Part shown: positions 47,457-56,237 of the stretch, piece after piece
How the letters are laid out: every line of letters begins with the position of its first letter
Position numbering within the stretch: position 1 is the stretch's first letter
From: Gammaproteobacteria bacterium
GTDB lineage: Bacteria > Pseudomonadota > Gammaproteobacteria > Eutrophobiales > Eutrophobiaceae
Assembly: GCA_016179185.1 (NCBI GenBank)
Contig: JACORW010000101.1
Span: 2,204-66,203 of the forward strand
Direction of reading: 5' to 3'
Length of the DNA: 64,000 nucleotides
Made by a program: the position numbers and the translations under genes
The notes under the pieces: model-generated
Seen by the model: the letters and a program-made list of their open reading frames with translations, nothing else
Told to the model about the DNA's origin: nothing
The model's database searches: none

Positions 47457-47520
47457 AAATGGGGTCGGAGTGAATTATTTTTGGGCATCGCACCAAATTA
47501 ATTCACTGCGACCCCATTTT
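47457..47520. repeat. family 4 palindromic element
   Basis: aatggggtcggagtgaattatttttgggcatcgcaccaaattaattcactgcgaccccatttt. Confidence 0.9.
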
Positions 47521-47540
47521 AAGAGCACGACTTCGATGGC

Positions 47541-48371
47541 ATGTATTATCCAACAATACGTTCCGGGTGCCTTCGTATGCCAGCAACTAATTCCATGAGC
47601 AACGAACCCCTCTTAGATCTATACGATTCGTTTTTCAAAACCGCATCGACCCCTGCAGAGCTAACTTCGCGCCTCTCTTGTCCTCTGCTCCTAAGTGTCG
47701 GGTCGGGCTGGCATCAGGCCATTCGTCGTCTCCTCGTTGTGGGCAAGGAGACTTTTGGATGGGATTGGACACCGGGCGATTATTATCCGTGGCCACACCC
47801 CCCGCTAACTACACTTGCCGACTTCAATGGCTACCCAAATGCCGTCCGCGCGCTGGTTGACGGCTACGCTTCATTCGCATTTTCAAAGCATCAATCAGCT
47901 AATTTCAACGGCCCTTTCTGGCGAGCGTTCCGCCAGTTGCACGAAGAAATCAATGAAGGCCACAAAGCAGATATTCTTTGGACCAACCTGTTCAGATGCG
48001 ACCTCGAGGGCGGTTCGGTAATTGATCGGGCCACTCCCGCCGAACTGAACAACATCCTGGCGTTTCAGCATGGTTTGCTAAGCCGCGAGATACGCATCCT
48101 TTCGCCAACCGCCGTCGTCTTCTTCACCGGACCCAACTACGATCTCGCCCTCCGCGCCGAGTTTCCAGACATTGTTTTTGCCCCAGTCTCCGGCCATGTA
48201 GAGCGGCAGTTTTGCCAGATCGCCCATCCTGACCTACCGACGCCGTCGTTTCGCATTTATCATCCGAATTATCTAGCGCGGAATCACAACAGATGGCTTT
48301 GGCTTCGGGAAGTAGCGTCGTATATTGCCACGTCTACAGCGATGCCCGGAAGAGGTCCAGAACACCATTAG
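47541..48371 (+). CDS. hypothetical protein with weak uracil-DNA-glycosylase-superfamily-like motifs, island gene 3
   Basis: The motif order resembles the UDG-superfamily fold: VVGKETFGW (GExPG-like), WTNLFRCDL (xTNvvKCrP-like), AVVFFTGPN (central strand), IYHPNYLARN (HPSPLxx-like). Speculative. Confidence 0.45.
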   Translation: MYYPTIRSGCLRMPATNSMSNEPLLDLYDSFFKTASTPAELTSRLSCPLLLSVGSGWHQAIRRLLVVGKETFGWDWTPGDYYPWPHPPLTTLADFNGYPNAVRALVDGYASFAFSKHQSANFNGPFWRAFRQLHEEINEGHKADILWTNLFRCDLEGGSVIDRATPAELNNILAFQHGLLSREIRILSPTAVVFFTGPNYDLALRAEFPDIVFAPVSGHVERQFCQIAHPDLPTPSFRIYHPNYLARNHNRWLWLREVASYIATSTAMPGRGPEHH

Positions 48372-48444
48372 TCGTTTGAGCGTAACCGCACATACATCGT
48401 TAACCGCCGAATAAATTGCAATTATCGATGACAGGTAGCGCTAC

Positions 48445-48879
48445 ATGACTGTACTCAAAATCCTTGCTTTCTTGGCTGTACTGGCCGCGTTGGTATGGTC
48501 TGCGCGCGCATTGAACGAATACTCCGAAGAAAAATATAGATATCATCCGTTCAATGTAGGGAATACGTTCACTATGGTTCTTTCAATCGTCCTGTTCGTT
48601 ATAGCTGTGCTCGTGCTGCCTGAGGGCCAGACTCTGAGCGCAGTCCTATCTGATGCCGTGAAGCTCAATGTCACGGAGGAGACCTCAAATACTGTTGTGC
48701 TGATTGTTCTAGCGGCCTTAGTCGCAGTGATCGTGTACGTACACACTGCTATGAAGTCAAATATACTGATCGCGACGTATGCCATGATTGTGCAATTCCT
48801 TGCGGCACTCCTCATTTTTGTGATTCTTGTCCTTGCGCTCATGAGCACAGGTTCAAAGCACAAACGACGATCGCGTTGA
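48445..48879 (+). CDS. hypothetical integral membrane protein (4 TM), island gene 4
   Basis: Four hydrophobic segments, with a basic C-terminus KHKRRSR. Confidence 0.5.
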   Translation: MTVLKILAFLAVLAALVWSARALNEYSEEKYRYHPFNVGNTFTMVLSIVLFVIAVLVLPEGQTLSAVLSDAVKLNVTEETSNTVVLIVLAALVAVIVYVHTAMKSNILIATYAMIVQFLAALLIFVILVLALMSTGSKHKRRSR

Positions 48880-48989
48880 AAAAGACTGGCCATCAGCCAC
48901 AAGATAACGCACTTACTCACACGGCTATGCCCCGAGATTAAGACATCGTTAATGTGTAATTAAACGTAGCCGCGTCAAAAAAGAAAAAA

Positions 48990-49020
48990 GGGGGTCGGAG
49001 TGAATTAATTTGGTGCATCG
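48990..49020. repeat. left arm of a family 4 palindrome, overlapping the 3' end of the second RAYT gene
   Basis: ggggtcggagtgaattaatttggtgcatcg. The matching right arm is 760 bp away at 49784-49815, so the RAYT gene lies between the two arms. Confidence 0.8.
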
Positions 49021-49712
49021 GCATTGGTTTCGCGGCATGGACGACCAATTTTGCAATGTCCAATCTTTCGACCGAGTGCAGATTCTACCTCAGCGCGGAA
49101 TCGCGCGTTACCCACCGGGTAATTGTAGGCTAGACATTGCCGGATGTGATGAATGTCGTCGTCCTGGAGCGGGGACCTGAACCATTCCCGATAGGCCCAC
49201 TGCCGTTCGGCATCACTGGCGCCCAATTGGAGATAGAGAGGATGTTCATTCAGCAGGTCGTCCGTTTCGCCCCAGGCATGAGATCGGTATGAGGACCAGC
49301 GATATTGTTCTGGCGCCTCAACCATGCCTGCCGCCACCGGGTTCATCTCAATGTAGCGCATGCAGGTCAGCAGAAAATCGGATGCATGCACAAGACTCGC
49401 TTTGTGGCGTCCCTCCCAGAGCGTGCCGGTACGCCGATAGGCACGGTTTACATACAGCACATAATGCCGTCCAACATGCTGCATGACCCGGGAAATGCCC
49501 GAGGCGTCACTCGGCGTCATCAGCAAGTGCACATGGTTGGTCATCAACACGTAGGCATGCAAGGCAACGCCAAAGCGCCGTAATCCTTCGCCCAGGCAGC
49601 GCCGATAGAACAGAAAATCATCCGGGCAGAAAAAACTGGCACTGCGGTTGTTGCCGCGCTGCACGACATGTGCCGGAATACCGGCCAGATACATCCGTGT
49701 CTTTCGAGGCAT
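49005..49712 (-). CDS. second REP-associated tyrosine transposase (RAYT, distinct lineage from 2261-2770)
   Basis: HVHLL (HxH) motif, LWEGRHKASLV, YIEMNPVAAGMV and the C-terminal Tyr region (YRWSSY). The N-terminus MPRKTRMYLAGIPAHVVQRGNNR is typical of ~230-aa IS200-like REP-associated transposases. Confidence 0.8.
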   Translation of the reverse strand: MPRKTRMYLAGIPAHVVQRGNNRSASFFCPDDFLFYRRCLGEGLRRFGVALHAYVLMTNHVHLLMTPSDASGISRVMQHVGRHYVLYVNRAYRRTGTLWEGRHKASLVHASDFLLTCMRYIEMNPVAAGMVEAPEQYRWSSYRSHAWGETDDLLNEHPLYLQLGASDAERQWAYREWFRSPLQDDDIHHIRQCLAYNYPVGNARFRAEVESALGRKIGHCKIGRPCRETNADAPN

Positions 49713-49783
49713 GGCAACTCCATTGCCACTCTGTTAAAGATTACATCCGGATCATCCTGAAATCTCCGACCGGATGCAATCAC

Positions 49784-49815
49784 GCACCAAAATAATTCAC
49801 TCCGACCCCATTTTT
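49784..49815. repeat. right arm of a family 4 palindrome, 5' of the second RAYT
   Basis: gcaccaaaataattcactccgaccccattttt. Confidence 0.8.
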
Positions 49816-49821
49816 CATTTT

Positions 49822-50724
49822 TCAAAAGATTGGTATTTCGAATTCGGCGTCAAAATCCACTCCCGGGACATCCGAGCGCGCCCTGAGCACCCAGTCAACC
49901 TTGTTGGTGCCGCTGCGGATGTCGGTTCCCAAGCCTCCCACCGGCAATGTCAGGCGTACCGGAATGATCACCGAGCGATTCGCTCGGGTGAAGTCCCCCG
50001 GATCCACTGTGACCGGCGTGCCTTCCCATAGCACGTCCACCTTGATGTTCGTTTCCCTGGGTTCGAACACTTTCGGGACGTTGCGCACGTGACGATTTGC
50101 GATCCCGACGGTCACGGGGAAGGTCAGGTACCTGCCACGCTCGACCTCGATTTTTCCCTCGAGCGGGCCTCCCAGACGATATGGAAGGCTATCGGGCAGA
50201 AACCAGGCACGGCCAAACTTGACAAAACGGCGACCAAAATAAAACGCGGCCCAGATGAGACAAAACCCGGCGGCCGGAAACCCAAACGCATAGAGCCACA
50301 TCCCCGTTTCCCCGAGCCACCCTTGCGCCAGGATATAAGCGGCCACCGGCAGCGAAATCGCATTCCAGACAATCGCGCACATCCAGAAAAAAGCCATCCA
50401 AAACAGGCCATCGTCGGCGATACGGCGCCTGTGCCAGTCTTCGCGCCACAGCCACGGTTCATCGGGATGTGCCGCCTGCTGTGCGAAAAACCGGCGGGAG
50501 CGGCGCACCCATCGGATGCCTCCCACGATGCCGCCTCCGCCGATGGCAGCCGCCCCCGCGCCAAATGCCAGAAAGACGGCCCCGCCTTCATACCCCCCTT
50601 CTAACAGCATTGTTACGCCACCGAACATGCAGAACAGGCCAATCAAAAGGACGATGGAGCAGATTGCAACGATGATTATGAGTTCGGCCGTCCCGGTCGG
50701 ACGGCTGTCAGTAGTCGCCACCAA
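49822..50724 (-). CDS. hypothetical membrane protein with a Gly-rich N-terminal TM region, island gene 5
   Basis: Several TM segments (LIIIVAICSIVLLIGLFCMFGGV; GGAVFLAFGAGAAAIGGGGIVGG; FWMAFFWMCAIVW). No known family. Confidence 0.5.
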   Translation of the reverse strand: MVATTDSRPTGTAELIIIVAICSIVLLIGLFCMFGGVTMLLEGGYEGGAVFLAFGAGAAAIGGGGIVGGIRWVRRSRRFFAQQAAHPDEPWLWREDWHRRRIADDGLFWMAFFWMCAIVWNAISLPVAAYILAQGWLGETGMWLYAFGFPAAGFCLIWAAFYFGRRFVKFGRAWFLPDSLPYRLGGPLEGKIEVERGRYLTFPVTVGIANRHVRNVPKVFEPRETNIKVDVLWEGTPVTVDPGDFTRANRSVIIPVRLTLPVGGLGTDIRSGTNKVDWVLRARSDVPGVDFDAEFEIPIF

Positions 50725-50726
50725 AA

Positions 50727-50788
50727 TAAATGGGGTCGGAGTGATTTATGTTGGTGCATGCACCAAAAAAATTCACTCCGACCCCAAT
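50727..50788. repeat. family 4 palindromic element, right boundary of the island
   Basis: aaatggggtcggagtgatttatgttggtgcatgcaccaaaaaaattcactccgaccccaatt. Confidence 0.9.
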
Positions 50789-50805
50789 TCCTGTGAGCTG
50801 CAGAG

Positions 50806-52326
50806 CTATGGAGCAGGTGTCGCCTCCAGCGCAGCATCGGCTTGCAGGAAGCCGGCGCCGACCGGGTCGCAGGGTTCTCCGTTGCAATCCGTATCCCAGG
50901 AGCCTTCGCCCGCAATGATCGGAACGGGAATAATGCGGCTGTCATCGCCCGACATCGGGAGCGTCGTGCTCTTCATGATTCCCTCCACGGCGGCCTGATC
51001 CAGGGCGGGATTCTTGCCGACGATGAGCGCCGCCACTCCGGCCGTGAGCGGCGAGGAAAAGCTCGTGCCGCTCCAGAAACAGAACGTCTCGTTGCCGCCT
51101 CCCACCCCGGCCAGCCGGCACGGCGCGACCGTGAATTGCCCCGGCGCCACCACGTCCAGCTCCTGCGGATCAATACCGAAGCCGGTGCCGAGCGAAGGGA
51201 TCGCACGGCTGCTGAAGGTGGCAATGAACGCATTCTGCTCCTCGCTGTCCCCGGTGCCGTCCGGGTCGTTGGGCACGTCCACCGAGCGCCAGAAACTGGC
51301 CGCCGTGAACTGATTGACAAACCCCGCGGCGGCGGCCGAAATCACCTCCGGATACGCCCCCGGCCAGCCCATGCCGGCCTCGCCCTCGTTGCCGGCCGAC
51401 GCCACCACGATCACCCCGGCGGCAATGGCATCGTCAATGGCCGCCCGATCGGCCGTGCCGGGCGCACCGCCTCCCAGCGACATGTTGATGACCACCGGGC
51501 CGATCACCCCGTCGATCTTGAGCTGGGTGACATAGTCTATGGCGGCGATGATCCGGGAACTCCAGGTAAACGCCTCGCCGTTCGGGAACACCTTGAGCGG
51601 AATGATCGTGGCCTCCGGCGCGACGCCGTCGATCACAGTGCCGGCGAACTTGAAGCCGACAACATGGGAAGCGACCGACGTCCCGTGGCTGTTGGTGTCG
51701 CGCTGCCACATGTCGGTCGGATTCGAGGTGGTGAACTCGTCCACGGGGACAAAGTCTTCGGCCGTCGCGCCGCCGCCCATGAAGGCCCGGGCAAGCCCCG
51801 TGGCCACTCTGCCCTCGTCAATGAAGCTCCGCCACTCGCGCATCATCCCGGTGTCGATCACCGCCACATGCACGCCGGCACCGGTCTCGGCGACCTCGCG
51901 GGCGTCATCGTTCAGCCAGGGCGCCGCATCGGCCTCCACATCCACGACATCGAGAATGTCCCGATCCCACGTTCCGACGGCGCTCAGCCAGCGAATTCGA
52001 TCCGTTTCCACCGACTCCACGAAGTCAAACCCTTCGATGGTCGCTCGCGCCCTTGACCCGCGCGGCGTCACCACGATGAGGTTGCGGTTGTGGATGACCC
52101 CGTGGACGGTGCCGTACGCTGCCACCTGCTCGCGCATCGCCTCGGTAACCGGCACCGAGGATTTGATGATCAGGCGATTCTGCTTCGGCGCCTTGCCCTG
52201 GTTGTCGAATGCCAGAACGGGTTTTCGGGTCAGCTCGTCGGTTTCCGATACCTGTCCATAGCCAGCCGTGCTGGCCAGCAGCACGGCACACGAAGTAAAA
52301 GCAAGAAAAATAAGGGGGCGTTTCAT
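50806..52326 (-). CDS. secreted S8-family (subtilisin-like) serine peptidase
   Basis: HVAVIDTGM (Asp), HGTSVASHV (His) and GTSFSSPLTAGVAALI (Ser). Signal peptide MKRPLIFLAFTSCAVLLASTAGYG, with GGAGG 8 nt upstream of the ATG at 52326. Confidence 0.85.
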   Translation of the reverse strand: MKRPLIFLAFTSCAVLLASTAGYGQVSETDELTRKPVLAFDNQGKAPKQNRLIIKSSVPVTEAMREQVAAYGTVHGVIHNRNLIVVTPRGSRARATIEGFDFVESVETDRIRWLSAVGTWDRDILDVVDVEADAAPWLNDDAREVAETGAGVHVAVIDTGMMREWRSFIDEGRVATGLARAFMGGGATAEDFVPVDEFTTSNPTDMWQRDTNSHGTSVASHVVGFKFAGTVIDGVAPEATIIPLKVFPNGEAFTWSSRIIAAIDYVTQLKIDGVIGPVVINMSLGGGAPGTADRAAIDDAIAAGVIVVASAGNEGEAGMGWPGAYPEVISAAAAGFVNQFTAASFWRSVDVPNDPDGTGDSEEQNAFIATFSSRAIPSLGTGFGIDPQELDVVAPGQFTVAPCRLAGVGGGNETFCFWSGTSFSSPLTAGVAALIVGKNPALDQAAVEGIMKSTTLPMSGDDSRIIPVPIIAGEGSWDTDCNGEPCDPVGAGFLQADAALEATPAP

Positions 52327-52384
52327 GGCGATTCCTCCGACTCGTGGCATGCCTTGCCGTTGCACGGATATTAGAAGCATACCT

Positions 52385-52470
52385 CGCATTCAAGCTAAAA
52401 GCAGCTACAAGCTACAGGTAAACGGACCGCGATATTTGCCTTTGGTTCTTGGTGGCTTGTAGCTGTTTCA
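52385..52470. terminator. family 3 heptamer-repeat stem-loop (CAGCTACAAGCTACAGG ... GGTGGCTTGTAGCTG) at the 3' end of the TonB-dependent receptor gene
   Basis: Inverted repeat read directly, with an ~45-nt loop. Confidence 0.5.
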
Positions 52471-54951
52471 CAGTGACACCCGGATCCCCACGAACCCTGC
52501 CCTGGGCGCGGCGGGACCGAGGAACCTCGGGTCATTGAATCCCTGGAACTCCGGCAGGTCCACGCTGCTCGGATCCTCGCCCAGCAATCCGAAGGTTTCG
52601 TAATCGGCATTGAACAGGTTCGTGACCCGCGCCAGAAGTTCGATTTGATCGGTCAGGGTCCAGGATCCGCGCACGTTGACAACGGCGTACCCGTCCACAC
52701 GATCAAGCTGGTTGGACTCATCGCCGCGCATCACCTGCCTTGAGTTATAGAGCAGGTCCAGGCCGAGGCCCAGCGTCGGGGCAAGTCTTACGTCGGCGCC
52801 CAATTTGAATTGATGCGCCGGGATCCCCGGAATATGGTCGCCGGGACGCACCTGGATGGTGCCGTCTTCGTCCGCGAATTCGTGGTTCGGGCTCAACACG
52901 GCGAGGTTATCCTGAAACGTTGCGTGAATGTAACTGTACGCACCGTACCATTCCAGATTTCCAACGGCGCCCGTCAATGACCCCTCGAAGCCCATGCGCC
53001 GGGTTTCGTCCACGTTGGCGAAAAGCCCGGTGGAACGACCCGTGGACTGAAAAATGATGTCGTCGTTGCTGACGGTATGGAAGAACGCCGCGCGGTAGCG
53101 GATCCGATCTCCGACCCGGCCGCGCACGCCGGCCTCCCAGCTTTCGGCCACGACCTGGTCGAGTGGCGGATCGGAAAGAAACGCATTCGGCAGCCGGCAT
53201 TCGAATTCGACATCGTCCGGGTCCCCGCCTTCCGCCACGGCGTTCGCCACGGCGATCTCGAAGATCCGATCATTGCAGGACAGTTCGATGGGCGTCGGCG
53301 CGCGCGAGGATTCGCTGTAGCCGGCATAAAGATTCATGTTCTCGCTGAAACTGAATGTGGCGCCCAGCGCCGGGTTGAAGCGATCGAAATCGTGTTCGCC
53401 GTTCAGCTCCGGCCGTTCGCCGGATTGGTCGGCCAGATCCACGGCCGTGTTGTTATAGCGTCCTGAGATGGTCACGCTGAACCGATCGGTGACATCCAGC
53501 GTGTCCGTGAAGTAAAGGCTCCAGCTCTCCGTAGCGGTGTGGATGTTCGTCGCCGCGGGATCCAGAAACGCCCCGGTGCCCAGTTCGAGCGAACTGCGCG
53601 TGGCCGGGTCGAAGCGCGCCAGCTCCACCACCGCGTCGAATGCCGTTGTGCCGCGGTACCAGGCCCCGCCGAATACCAACTGGTTGCCTTTCCCGAACAC
53701 ATCCCGGCGCAGAGAAAGTTGCAGATCGACGCCACGGCTCTTCTGCACGCGCGCGCTCTGGTTGTTGATGGCCTGATCGGACAGCACGCCGGTGCCGGAA
53801 ATCTCATCGGTCAGGTCCTCGACATGGAACACATCCGCGGCCCCGGCGGCGGCATTGAGAAAATCCTCAAGCGCACCCGCGTCCGCAAACTGATCGCCGC
53901 ACACGTCATCTTCCTCAAGCCCCAACTCCTCCAGGTCGTCGTCCTCCAGCCCGTCCAGCAAACGCTGTGCGCCGCCCAGGCCGCACAGGGCAAGTTCCGT
54001 CCCGTCGCCGTTGAACGAATCGGTTTCGTTGCGGCGGTAATAGGCGGTCCCCGAGACGGTCATTTCATGCGTCAGCTCATGGCTGCCATCGAGGCTGACC
54101 ATCACCATGTCGTTTTCGGTGATATCCGGGGCGGTGAAGACCGTATCGCGCTCGATGGCCATGAGTTCCACCGGCAGCGGGCCGTTTCCGAACAGCTCGC
54201 TGCTGCCGTACTGCGCGTTCAGGTTCAGCGCGGAGCGTGTCCCGCGCCACCCGAAACTGCCGAAGACATTCAATGAATCCGACTCCGACAGCTCGCGCCA
54301 GCCGTCTTCGTCAAAATAGTTCATGCCGACGTAATAACCCCAGGTGCCGTTGTTGGCGCCGCTTTCCGCGTCCACGACCCGGCGGTCGAACGACCCGCCC
54401 CACAGCTCCGCGCTGTGCCCGGCGGAATTGAACCCGTCCTTCATGCGCACCGACAGCGCCCCTCCCAGCGCGTTGAGCCCGAACACGGGATTCGCGCCGC
54501 CGATGAGTTCCACCGAGTGAATGGCCTCCTCCGGCAACAGGTCCCAGTTGATGGTATCGCCCAGCGGTTCGTTGATGCGCGCGCCGTTCTGGTACACGGC
54601 CAGGCCCTGTGCCAGCCCGAGCAGCGGCGACGCGGCAAATCCGCGGTACTGCAGATCGGGCTGAAGGGGATTGTTCTGGGCCTCGTTCAGGTTGACGCTG
54701 GCCAGATTGCGGTTCAGGAAATCGGACAGGTCGAGGCTTTCGGATCGCTCGATGTCCTCGCTGGTGGCGGACTGGACGTTGTACGGAATTTTCTCCTCCG
54801 GCAAGGCCGCGCCGTGGGACGGGGTGACCCCGATGACGACGACTTCATCCAGCGCCTGCTCGGCACGGGGCGCAGAAAACGTGCCGAGCACAACGACCAG
54901 GCAGATTGCGCCCGGTATCGCCATGTGTCCGTTCAGGAACCCGCTCAACAT
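52468..54951 (-). CDS. TonB-dependent outer-membrane receptor
   Basis: Signal peptide, then a TonB-box-like DEVVVIGV, plug domain and a long beta-barrel. GGAGG lies 8 nt upstream of the ATG at 54951. Confidence 0.85.
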   Translation of the reverse strand: MLSGFLNGHMAIPGAICLVVVLGTFSAPRAEQALDEVVVIGVTPSHGAALPEEKIPYNVQSATSEDIERSESLDLSDFLNRNLASVNLNEAQNNPLQPDLQYRGFAASPLLGLAQGLAVYQNGARINEPLGDTINWDLLPEEAIHSVELIGGANPVFGLNALGGALSVRMKDGFNSAGHSAELWGGSFDRRVVDAESGANNGTWGYYVGMNYFDEDGWRELSESDSLNVFGSFGWRGTRSALNLNAQYGSSELFGNGPLPVELMAIERDTVFTAPDITENDMVMVSLDGSHELTHEMTVSGTAYYRRNETDSFNGDGTELALCGLGGAQRLLDGLEDDDLEELGLEEDDVCGDQFADAGALEDFLNAAAGAADVFHVEDLTDEISGTGVLSDQAINNQSARVQKSRGVDLQLSLRRDVFGKGNQLVFGGAWYRGTTAFDAVVELARFDPATRSSLELGTGAFLDPAATNIHTATESWSLYFTDTLDVTDRFSVTISGRYNNTAVDLADQSGERPELNGEHDFDRFNPALGATFSFSENMNLYAGYSESSRAPTPIELSCNDRIFEIAVANAVAEGGDPDDVEFECRLPNAFLSDPPLDQVVAESWEAGVRGRVGDRIRYRAAFFHTVSNDDIIFQSTGRSTGLFANVDETRRMGFEGSLTGAVGNLEWYGAYSYIHATFQDNLAVLSPNHEFADEDGTIQVRPGDHIPGIPAHQFKLGADVRLAPTLGLGLDLLYNSRQVMRGDESNQLDRVDGYAVVNVRGSWTLTDQIELLARVTNLFNADYETFGLLGEDPSSVDLPEFQGFNDPRFLGPAAPRAGFVGIRVSL

Positions 54952-55049
54952 TACGAATCCTCCTGGTGACAAATGCAGCCAACGCCGAAAGTGACCAGGG
55001 CCGCAGGCTTGGTTAATTCGCGGCTTGAATTGCCGCGATCGGGAAACGG

Positions 55050-56186
55050 CTACGGGCGCCGCGGGCGGTACAGCGGTTTCTCCTCGCCGGTCCCGATTTC
55101 CAGCTTGTCCGGGGACTGGAACTGCCCGGGGTCCTCCAGCCGCAGGCGCAGGCGCAAATTGTTGCGCGAGTCCGCATGCCGCAGCGCCTCATCCACGGAA
55201 ATCCTGCCGGCCTTGAACAGGTCGTACAGCGACTGATCGAAGGTCTGCATGCCGGCGATCTTGCCCTGCTCCATCGCGTCCTTGATCTCGTTGATGCGCG
55301 ATTTCTCGATCAACTCGGATATGAACGGCGTGTTGAGCAGGATCTCCACCGCGGGCACGCGCTTGCCGTCGATCCCCGGGACCAGGCGCTGTGAGACGAT
55401 GGCCCGGAGATGCTGCGCCAGGTCAAGCAACAGTGCGTGGTGCGCCGTGTCCGGGAAGAAGTTGATGATGCGCTCCAGGGTCTGGTTGGCGTTGTTGGCG
55501 TGCAGCGTGGACAGGCACACGTGCCCGGTCTCGGCGTAGTGCAGTGCGTGGCGCATCGTCTCGCGGTCGCGGATTTCGCCGATGACAATCACATCCGGCG
55601 CCTCGCGCAGGGCGTTCTTCAGGGCTTCCGGATAAGAGTGGGTGTCCAGCCCCACTTCGCGCTGATCCACGACGGACTTCTTGTGTTCGTGCATGAACTC
55701 GATGGGGTCCTCGATGGTCAGAATGTGCCCCGATTTGTGCTCGTTGCGATAATTGACCATGGACGCCAGCGTCGTGGACTTGCCTGACCCGGTCGCGCCG
55801 ACCACGAGGACAAGCCCCTGCTTTTCCATGATCAGGCGCTTCAGTATCTCGGGCAGGCCGAGTTCCTCGATGGACGGGATACGGCTCTTGATGTAGCGCA
55901 CCACCATCGCCGTGTCGCCGCGCTGGCGGTAAATATTGATGCGGAAGCGGCCCAGCTTGGCCACCGTGACCGCCATGTTCAGCTCCAGGTCGCGCTCGAA
56001 GGCGGCGATCTGGTCGTCGTTCATCATCGAATAGGCAACGTCATGCACGTCGCCGGCGCTGAGCGGCGTGCTGCCGACGGGATGTGACTCGCCCTGCAAC
56101 TTGATGTTCACCGGGGCACCGGCGCTGAAAAACAGATCGGAGGCGTCCTTCTCCACCATCAATTGCAGGTACGCGGAAATGTCCAT
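55050..56186 (-). CDS. pilU: type IV pilus retraction ATPase PilU (PilT family)
   Basis: Walker A GATGSGKSTT and PilT-family Asp/His boxes. The 378-aa length fits PilU rather than PilT. Confidence 0.8.
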   Translation of the reverse strand: MDISAYLQLMVEKDASDLFFSAGAPVNIKLQGESHPVGSTPLSAGDVHDVAYSMMNDDQIAAFERDLELNMAVTVAKLGRFRINIYRQRGDTAMVVRYIKSRIPSIEELGLPEILKRLIMEKQGLVLVVGATGSGKSTTLASMVNYRNEHKSGHILTIEDPIEFMHEHKKSVVDQREVGLDTHSYPEALKNALREAPDVIVIGEIRDRETMRHALHYAETGHVCLSTLHANNANQTLERIINFFPDTAHHALLLDLAQHLRAIVSQRLVPGIDGKRVPAVEILLNTPFISELIEKSRINEIKDAMEQGKIAGMQTFDQSLYDLFKAGRISVDEALRHADSRNNLRLRLRLEDPGQFQSPDKLEIGTGEEKPLYRPRRP

Positions 56187-56237
56187 GCTTGCAGTTTAGC
56201 GTCTGTCAAGTGCCAGGGAACTGATTTGCCGAATCGG

